64,000 bases of DNA, from IMG/VR virus record IMGVR_UViG_3300034152_000556, positions 32,001 to 96,000 of that record; one strand, written 5' to 3'. The notes beneath the pieces were generated by a model that searched no databases, was not told the origin of the DNA, and saw only the letters and a program-made list of their open reading frames with translations. This stretch comes from a virus. A program made the translations under genes and the position numbers. Numbering within the stretch: position 1 is the stretch's first letter; each line of letters opens with the position of its first letter. This document shows, one piece after another, positions 57,445 to 64,000 of the stretch.

Positions 57445-58863
57445 TTAGAAGTCAGCATTCATTAGCTGAGTCATATATTTGATCTTGTCTTTGAATTCAC
57501 CCGCAAAATAGTGCGTATAAAATATGATCATTTCACGTTCAACCTTCGATAGAGGAATACCAGCAAGGTCTCGTCCTGTTAAAATGCTCCGAAGATTGAC
57601 CCTTGCAATTCTTCCCACAAAATGACACAGAATATCATGTGGCAAGATTTTTGCCTTAAAACCATAGAAGTTCTGTGTGTCATCTTGAACATCAAGATAG
57701 TCATGAACAGATTTGATCTTGTAAGTTGTTGAAATAGATGGGCTTTTGGTTGGATAATACTCTAAGAGAGTGAATGTTTCTCGGTATTGGGCCGGAAACG
57801 TTTTCTTGAGAATCTCTTGAATGTATACAGATAAAAGTGCTGCATGTTCTGGTGATAATGTTCTCAAGTGATTAAATGGGATGCTTGTCATCTCTGATAG
57901 TATTGGATACACCAAAGTTTCACATAAGGGTGAAATAAATTCAATCTCTTCTAACCTTGTGCTAAATTCAACAAGATAATTCTCTGTTGCTTCGTCTGAT
58001 TCAGTCTTCATAATATTCTTACTTTCAAGTATATCTTTGACTCTTTCATAAGCAATCTTTTTCAATCTTCCGAGTGTATCATTATATGAATACGTTTTCA
58101 GGTTATCTGTATTGATTCCCTGAATGTCCTCGGTTGCGATACTATCATCATATATGATAGCATCTTTGTACACTGAGTGGAGAAACCACTTTACTGACTC
58201 ATCAATGACACCAACAAAGTATGTAATGGGGTTCTTATCATCTTCACAAAGTACTAAAATATTATTCATAATAAAATTAAATATTTCAATCACATGCGCT
58301 CCTAGGTCTTTACCTCGAACGCTCTTGATGTACTCCCACATGAATTTGTCAGTCATGCTATATCTGTAGGTCTTTGTTTTAATCACATCGTATATCTTTG
58401 TGACTACCTCAGATTTGAGTGCATCGATTGCTATCTTGTTGTAAACCTCCCTGTGGATTGAGGCTGTCAATTTGAGATTTTCAGAGTTTGATATGGTTGA
58501 ATAAATCTTCAAATAACAAGATAGCCGAATGACCTTTTCGATTTCGTCATCTCTAAAAAGAATTGAATTTTTCTTGGCTTTTGACTCGTCAACAAAAATA
58601 CTATAATCAAAGTTCTGCGATGTTAGATAAGCATCAGAAAACTCTTTTAGTTTGTCAACGTTGTCTACAATGGTTTTTGGTGCTTTTAATATGCCAATAA
58701 ACCATTCGTCGAACTCTTTTCCACAGAATTTAGAAACATTTTCAATGTACTTTGTGACAATAAAAAATTTGTTGGTGATTGATGATGGTGATAGTTGAAG
58801 TGTAACACGTTCGCCATCATGTGATACACTCCATCGTTTTGGACCTTCTTGATTGATGTTCAA
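57445..58863 (-). CDS. Monocistronic ~472-aa helical protein; candidate sigma-like promoter-specificity subunit
   Basis: TTG start after AAAGGAGG. Has its own early-type motif and terminator. The function is an inference only. Confidence 0.4.
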   Translation of the reverse strand: MNINQEGPKRWSVSHDGERVTLQLSPSSITNKFFIVTKYIENVSKFCGKEFDEWFIGILKAPKTIVDNVDKLKEFSDAYLTSQNFDYSIFVDESKAKKNSILFRDDEIEKVIRLSCYLKIYSTISNSENLKLTASIHREVYNKIAIDALKSEVVTKIYDVIKTKTYRYSMTDKFMWEYIKSVRGKDLGAHVIEIFNFIMNNILVLCEDDKNPITYFVGVIDESVKWFLHSVYKDAIIYDDSIATEDIQGINTDNLKTYSYNDTLGRLKKIAYERVKDILESKNIMKTESDEATENYLVEFSTRLEEIEFISPLCETLVYPILSEMTSIPFNHLRTLSPEHAALLSVYIQEILKKTFPAQYRETFTLLEYYPTKSPSISTTYKIKSVHDYLDVQDDTQNFYGFKAKILPHDILCHFVGRIARVNLRSILTGRDLAGIPLSKVEREMIIFYTHYFAGEFKDKIKYMTQLMNADF

Positions 58864-58911
58864 ATACAAACCTCCTTTGTGAATTTGGCGATAAAGCAAC
58901 CCATCAATAAG

Positions 58912-58926
58912 TAATATATATAGATG
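58912..58926 (-). promoter_or_regulatory. Candidate early promoter CATCTATATATATTA(C)
   Basis: Identical to 44354-44368; includes TATATTAC. Confidence 0.65.
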
Positions 58927-58944
58927 ATTGCTTAAATAGGAAGG

Positions 58945-59190
58945 TTATACTTTTTTAAGGGGGGTATTGTGTTTCATTCGCCTGTTCAACATTTCCTTCA
59001 CAAATCCATCGTGTAAATCAACGATAGAGTTTATAAAATCTTTGGGTAGCTTTCTTTTCACCGCAGAACCATATAACATATGAGTCTTGCGATGTCTATC
59101 ATTTAATGATTTATTTGAAAGTTTCGCAGGAACCTCATTCTTCATCCTTGCAAAACGTGCGTGGTATGTTATTTCATGTATCTGAATCAT
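58945..59190 (-). CDS. Small basic hypothetical protein
   Basis: L...HR..H.......H.....EM..R...H.TPL pattern. Confidence 0.65.
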   Translation of the reverse strand: MIQIHEITYHARFARMKNEVPAKLSNKSLNDRHRKTHMLYGSAVKRKLPKDFINSIVDLHDGFVKEMLNRRMKHNTPLKKV

Positions 59191-59558
59191 TATTCTTGTT
59201 CTTCATCAAACGTACTATCATCAGCATCATTGTCAGGATATAGATTATCGTCTTCTTCATTACTATCCATATCTACATTTTCTTTTGCAACACCAGTTTC
59301 TTTTTTCCAACCCTGCTTTGCTCTGAGTGCAAATAGAAGCTCACCCATTTTTTCTTTATTTCCTGGCTTTCCTCTTAGAGCTTCGATCTCTTTTTTAAGT
59401 TGTGCAATGCTTTTATCGGCATGTTCGCCGGTTTGTTTAATTTCCACATCATCTTTCCATTTCTCTGACAGAAGAGATAATCTAGCCTCTTTTCGAATTT
59501 TGATATTTTGTTTTAGAATTGAAAGATAATCACTCTCAGACAAATTTTTAATGTCCAT
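59190..59558 (-). CDS. Hypothetical protein, probably virion
   Basis: Operonic; acidic tail. Confidence 0.65.
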   Translation of the reverse strand: MDIKNLSESDYLSILKQNIKIRKEARLSLLSEKWKDDVEIKQTGEHADKSIAQLKKEIEALRGKPGNKEKMGELLFALRAKQGWKKETGVAKENVDMDSNEEDDNLYPDNDADDSTFDEEQE

Positions 59559-60462
59559 CTTTTAAATACCTCCAAAGCGCACTTTGAAATCTTTCTGCGC
59601 TTACAACTGATGTGCCTGGTTCTGTAACAACAGCACTAGCACACATATTTGAAATTTTTGCTGATTCAATTGGTTTTATACCCATTGCCAAACAAACAGC
59701 CATTGATGCGACAACTGTATCACCAGCGCCAGAGACGTTAAACACGTTATGAACTTCTTCTGCTGGTATATCGATGTTGTCTTTAAAATCAAAGAGTGTC
59801 ATGCCGTTCTTACCTCTTGTGATAAGAGCATATTTTACATCTTTTAAATTATATGCAGAGCTTAGCATCATACTACTCCACTCTTTTTCATTCGGTGTGA
59901 TCATATACACACCTGTATAAAACTGACCGTTTTGTGGTTTTGGGTCTACAATAATTCTTGCTCTTTGCTCACGAAGATACACCATGAGTTCCCATGTGAT
60001 CATTCCTTTTGCATAATCTGAAACAACAATTATATCTGGTGAATATAGTGCAAAATATTCTTGAAGTTTCTTCTTAGCATAATCAGCTTTAATTTTTTTG
60101 ATGTGTTCTCGATCAACTCTGATCATCTGAATCTTTCTGCTATTTGCAACAATTCTTTCCTTAACAGTTGTTTCGTTTGATTGTTCTATCAAAAAATTAC
60201 CAATGAAAGAGTTGTCAAAAATATCAGAAATTTCTCTACCAGCTTTATCTTTACCGACTGACGCAAGACAATCTACATTAGCACCAATAGAAAGAATATT
60301 TCTTGCTACGTTACCACATCCACCGAGTGTAGCATATTCATCTGTGACCTTAACTATTGGTACTGGTGCTTCTGGTGAAATTCTTTCAACATCACCCACA
60401 ATATATCTGTCTAACATCACATCACCAATTACCAAAATTCGAACGTTCTCAATGTTTTTCAT
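59548..60462 (-). CDS. hldA: D-glycero-beta-D-manno-heptose-7-phosphate kinase (HldA/RfaE domain I, PfkB family)
   Basis: VIGDVMLDRYIVGDVERISPEAPVP, SDYAKG, VDPK, TPN..E, VSGAGDTV. Confidence 0.88.
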   Translation of the reverse strand: MKNIENVRILVIGDVMLDRYIVGDVERISPEAPVPIVKVTDEYATLGGCGNVARNILSIGANVDCLASVGKDKAGREISDIFDNSFIGNFLIEQSNETTVKERIVANSRKIQMIRVDREHIKKIKADYAKKKLQEYFALYSPDIIVVSDYAKGMITWELMVYLREQRARIIVDPKPQNGQFYTGVYMITPNEKEWSSMMLSSAYNLKDVKYALITRGKNGMTLFDFKDNIDIPAEEVHNVFNVSGAGDTVVASMAVCLAMGIKPIESAKISNMCASAVVTEPGTSVVSAERFQSALWRYLKDGH

Positions 60463-60463
60463 T

Positions 60464-61021
60464 TTACAACACCTTTTTTAATCTATTTGCTACAGATTTT
60501 GGATACTTAGCTCCTTTTCTGTAAACCTTCACAACATTCTGTACATAGTTAAGTTCAATTTCAAGAGATGGTAAGTTTTTATTAATCCAAGCTAAACATA
60601 GGTTTTTGTTGATGTTTTTTGAACACAGTTGCTCTGGTTTTTTCTTCATCAAATGAACCATACTCTTTAACATCTCAAATTTACAAGTTAGTTCACAATA
60701 ACCCAGACTTGGTAATCTTTCTGCTCGTTCTTTTGCCTCTTCATCATCACCTTGAATCAATCCATCCATTCTCATCATATCATCAACCAATTCATCTTCT
60801 GCTTTGTTGATTTCATCTCGATATATTTTTGCACACATATCAAGACATTTTTCGTAATGAGTCTGAAGAAGTTTATAAGGAGTTGTGCCACTTAAAAAAG
60901 TCCAGTTGCGCGGTTTACCCATACCAACAGCTGCAAATATTTTGTTTAGCGTTTTTGTTACACCTTCTGTAACAACTATGTCATTCTGCAACTGATTTAA
61001 ATATTCTGAAATAATTTTCAT
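60464..61021 (-). CDS. Cys-rich probable virion protein
   Basis: Starts IISEYLNQLQ; C..NxxKxxC motif shared with the 45249-47132 C-terminus. Confidence 0.65.
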   Translation of the reverse strand: MKIISEYLNQLQNDIVVTEGVTKTLNKIFAAVGMGKPRNWTFLSGTTPYKLLQTHYEKCLDMCAKIYRDEINKAEDELVDDMMRMDGLIQGDDEEAKERAERLPSLGYCELTCKFEMLKSMVHLMKKKPEQLCSKNINKNLCLAWINKNLPSLEIELNYVQNVVKVYRKGAKYPKSVANRLKKVL

Positions 61022-61030
61022 AGCAACTCC

Positions 61031-61552
61031 TTATTTGACAACGTAACGTCTGGTCATAGCAATAATGACATCTTTATTAATAAAGTCTCCGGGGCATGAC
61101 AGGTCTTTGTCTTTTGTTACCTCGTAATGCATTTTTATCCTGTTTGGTGATATCCCGAAAAGCTTGATCATTGGGTTCAAAAGTCTAAATGCTAAAATCT
61201 CATACATTCTTTTCTCTGGTACTTTATAATCGTATGAACCCATCAATGCGACATGAACAGCTCTTTTGTTTATGTCAGCAGGGATATCAGGCCAATCACA
61301 TAGATACACAATAGGTCTACAGGCAATACAATTATATTCGCCTTTAATCTTATCCAACACATAATGATAGTTTACATCTCCTTGTTTTTTTTCTAGTACA
61401 CCAGCGTAGATACCGGGCATTTGATATTTGTTATTATCAATGCGTGACTCTGGAAACTCATATATTTCTGCTGTGTGATGCACGATAATCCACTTAACGC
61501 TCTTTCTACGTATATCAAGTAATGATGGTCGTAAGTGTATTCTTTTTGCCAT
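61031..61552 (-). CDS. N-acetylmuramoyl-L-alanine amidase (Amidase_2 / T7 lysozyme-like)
   Basis: IIVHHTA, YHYV, H....., CPG Zn-ligand motifs. Confidence 0.75.
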   Translation of the reverse strand: MAKRIHLRPSLLDIRRKSVKWIIVHHTAEIYEFPESRIDNNKYQMPGIYAGVLEKKQGDVNYHYVLDKIKGEYNCIACRPIVYLCDWPDIPADINKRAVHVALMGSYDYKVPEKRMYEILAFRLLNPMIKLFGISPNRIKMHYEVTKDKDLSCPGDFINKDVIIAMTRRYVVK

Positions 61553-61562
61553 TATCTACCTC

Positions 61563-61865
61563 TTATGTTGTTATATGAGTTGTATCACCTGTAACAATAG
61601 TACCTGATACACATCCAACAACAGCATCACCAACACGAGCTTTACCCAACCCATCTGTCTTATTAACAACGCTGCTGCTTACAATATTTCCTGGGTGACC
61701 ACACGCACCAATAACCATATCACCCAATCTCGCTACACCCAATCCACTTGTACTATGAGTCACGCTCGAAGTTACAATTGGCCCAGACATACCGATACAT
61801 GGTATTGGGGGGTGGCAGCAACAAATACCAACCCAAATATCTCCTAATCTTGCTATCGATGGCAT
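61563..61865 (-). CDS. PAAR-repeat spike tip protein
   Basis: Three ARLGD/ARVGD repeats with Cys/His. Confidence 0.85.
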   Translation of the reverse strand: MPSIARLGDIWVGICCCHPPIPCIGMSGPIVTSSVTHSTSGLGVARLGDMVIGACGHPGNIVSSSVVNKTDGLGKARVGDAVVGCVSGTIVTGDTTHITT

Positions 61866-62419
61866 TATACATAATCCTCAAATACATCACCAGAGTCTTC
61901 AACTTTTTGTTTTGAGTATTCTAGTTGATCAATAGCGATACCTAAATTTGAAATGTTAGCAAGAATACCATAGTTTCCTTGAAGATCGGTCAACGGTTTT
62001 GTCAAATAATCTTGACAGAAATTCCATTGTTGAATCAGCAAAACAACAGTCGTGTCTGCATCCCAACCAACGCCGCCATATTCATATAATGTTTCAGCAT
62101 TTGTTGCATCCACAATAACCCAATCTGTTAGTGTTGCTGTATAAATGTTTGAATCTGGTGTTGTATTGTTGTATGTTGAACCAAAATTTACATTAACATC
62201 ACCACCCCAAATAGCACCAACTTCTTGTGCTTTTGTTGTTTGAAGGTAGTTTTTTAACTGATTTGCAGCTGGTGTCATAACAGCATCACGAAGAGCTTCT
62301 TTCTCTGCAATGAATTCATCTCTAAGACCTTCAACTTGAGCTATTTGCGCTTCATATTGTTCCACTTGCCCATCAATAGCATCATACATTTGCTCAAGTG
62401 TTTCTTGTGGTGTAGCCAT
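61865..62419 (-). CDS. Probable baseplate/tail protein
   Basis: Lies between the spike and PAAR genes. Confidence 0.55.
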   Translation of the reverse strand: MATPQETLEQMYDAIDGQVEQYEAQIAQVEGLRDEFIAEKEALRDAVMTPAANQLKNYLQTTKAQEVGAIWGGDVNVNFGSTYNNTTPDSNIYTATLTDWVIVDATNAETLYEYGGVGWDADTTVVLLIQQWNFCQDYLTKPLTDLQGNYGILANISNLGIAIDQLEYSKQKVEDSGDVFEDYV

Positions 62420-62420
62420 A

Positions 62421-63215
62421 TTATAGAATCCTCAGTGCTGATTTTCTAAGACTTTTCGTAGTGTCAACCGCTGATGAGATGCTACTGCTAGCATTACTCT
62501 TTATATTTTGAACAGAATCAACAACGCTGTTCATTTTTACTTTTTCGGTAACTGATAAACTAACATCATCATAAAGTTTATCGATGTCAAACTTTCCATA
62601 ATTGGGGCTTGCAGGATCACCAACTATATTTAATTGGTCATATAAATCTTCAACCTGATCTGCGTAACTTTGTGCTGTTGTAGCAAAGTCGCTTCCACAT
62701 AATGATGTAAGACAATCTATAAGCTGATCAGCTTTTTGCAAAGATGTTGAAATGCCAAGATCAGCTGGGTTATCCGGTATTTGATTTGCAATTTTGTTTA
62801 TTAAACTATCTATGAGTTTTCCAGACTCAAAATCTGGCAATGGCACAGCCTCTATAAGCTCATCCATTTTATCAAATGCCGATTTTGACATGCTTTTTAA
62901 AATAGCTGTTGGGTTTTTTAATAATTCGTCCTCACCAAAATAAGCACAGTTACTAACAATATCATTTATTTCATCGATTGCCTCTTCATCCGCTTGTGGT
63001 ATATTCTCATTTACATCTGATTCTAAATCGTTTGCTGCATTTGTTATATCTTCAGACGGCGAAAAACCAATTCCCTTGAGACTATTTAGAGCAGATTTGG
63101 CTGCTTGAATTTCAGACTTCACAGTAGAAAGAGCTGAAGTGGCTGGTCCTATAACACTTTCAAAATCGCTTACAAGCTTATTGCATAGACTCGTTTGTGT
63201 TGATGTTAATGCCAT
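62421..63215 (-). CDS. Probable baseplate/tail helical protein
   Basis: Likely start MALTSTQ; directly downstream of gp5. Confidence 0.55.
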   Translation of the reverse strand: MALTSTQTSLCNKLVSDFESVIGPATSALSTVKSEIQAAKSALNSLKGIGFSPSEDITNAANDLESDVNENIPQADEEAIDEINDIVSNCAYFGEDELLKNPTAILKSMSKSAFDKMDELIEAVPLPDFESGKLIDSLINKIANQIPDNPADLGISTSLQKADQLIDCLTSLCGSDFATTAQSYADQVEDLYDQLNIVGDPASPNYGKFDIDKLYDDVSLSVTEKVKMNSVVDSVQNIKSNASSSISSAVDTTKSLRKSALRIL

Positions 63216-63216
63216 C

Positions 63217-64000
63217 TTATGTATCCCTTTCACCCTTCGGGTCTGCGGAGGTCGCATCGCCAGCATCACCAGCTGGTCCTGCGGCTCCACCCTGATCATT
63301 TATAATAGCAGCATCATGATTGATTGCTGAACCGCCTTTCACATTTACAGTAGCCGCTCCCTGAATATTAGCATTCGCTCCGGCTTTCATGTTACAGTCA
63401 GCACCACCTTGTTCATTAACGTTACCACCCGCTTTCAGATTTATATCATCTGAAGATGCTTGAATGTTAACCTTACCAGCTTCAGATTTTATATCAATAT
63501 CATCAGCTGCTAATATTCTGAAGTTTGCATTTGTCTTGATTAAAATATCACTTTCAAAAAGAGCTTGCAGTTTTTGTTCATCGACGTCTATATGAAAGAA
63601 GTCACCCTTATGTGTTCTTATTAAAATCTTTTCTTTTCCGCTTCTCTCATCAAATAAAATCGTTGTTTGATTGTCATCAATAGTATAGACCGAATCTGTA
63701 TTACCCGTTGGTGGTTCAGATAACTGTCTTTTTTTACCTGTTATTTCAACTCGTGCGTCATCAGTATCATCAGATATTACAATCGTTCTACCATCATGAC
63801 TCTTAAAAATAGTCCACTTATCTTGATAGTTCGTACCAACTTGATTTTCTGGTAAAACTTTCGTGTTTTCTAGGTCTAATGCGCCAAAATAATAAGGTCT
63901 GTTAATATTACCAGCTTCAAAGAAAACCCATACCCAAGCACCTTTTCTTGGTATATATGAAGTTCCCATATAATGATGATCTTCAGTTCCCTCTAGATTT
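63217..64000 (-). CDS. Baseplate central spike gp5/VgrG-like (5' end outside the window)
   Basis: IP..G.WVWVFFEAGNINRPYY.G OB-fold end, followed by beta-helix repeats. Frame is open to the window edge. Confidence 0.85.
   Translation of the reverse strand, partial: NLEGTEDHHYMGTSYIPRKGAWVWVFFEAGNINRPYYFGALDLENTKVLPENQVGTNYQDKWTIFKSHDGRTIVISDDTDDARVEITGKKRQLSEPPTGNTDSVYTIDDNQTTILFDERSGKEKILIRTHKGDFFHIDVDEQKLQALFESDILIKTNANFRILAADDIDIKSEAGKVNIQASSDDINLKAGGNVNEQGGADCNMKAGANANIQGAATVNVKGGSAINHDAAIINDQGGAAGPAGDAGDATSADPKGERDT

Noticed and set aside
439-63330. All plus-strand ORFs of 60-190 aa
   Set aside because: They are antisense shadows of long minus-strand genes, with no motifs or SD sites.
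1-64000. Nucleus-forming (chimallin/PhuZ) phage assignment
   Set aside because: No recognisable chimallin or tubulin in this window; this cannot be decided from the fragment.

Overview
This window is a 64-kb fragment of an AT-rich jumbo myovirus-like phage. Essentially all genes are on the minus strand and it uses the standard genetic code. Two virion/late blocks (1-5132 and 44385-64000) flank an early/middle block (5215-44308). The late blocks carry a tape-measure N-terminus, terminase, gp5/VgrG spike, PAAR protein, amidase, an HldA-like heptose kinase, an SNF2 helicase and one multisubunit RNAP beta/beta' pair. The early block carries a second beta/beta' pair, a complete ubiquitin-like conjugation locus (two E1/ThiF, two E2-like, JAB, Ubl), SbcCD, type II topoisomerase, an SF2 helicase, FolE2/QueD, a MoxR-vWA pair and a pilin-like peptide. 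The most striking feature is at 43544-44308: a tandem array of six ~80-130 nt ncRNAs sharing a covarying 'handle' (outer stem, ACUN internal loop, 8-bp helix with invariant UGU/ACA, then UUCHG). Each handle carries a different cargo. Four cargos are tRNA-derived and keep an anticodon arm (GCC, UAU, GUA, UGG), but none has a free acceptor/CCA end; one is a circularly permuted tRNA-Pro. The array lies directly behind a putative early promoter and directly upstream of a divergent Ro60/TROVE-like vWA protein and an ARPP-like protein. This suggests a phage RNP that displays a panel of tRNA mimics. Two promoter motifs (CATCTATATATATTA and GAGAACAAA) and two terminators map onto the early/late block boundaries. 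All protein assignments come from motif recognition by eye; no database search was run.
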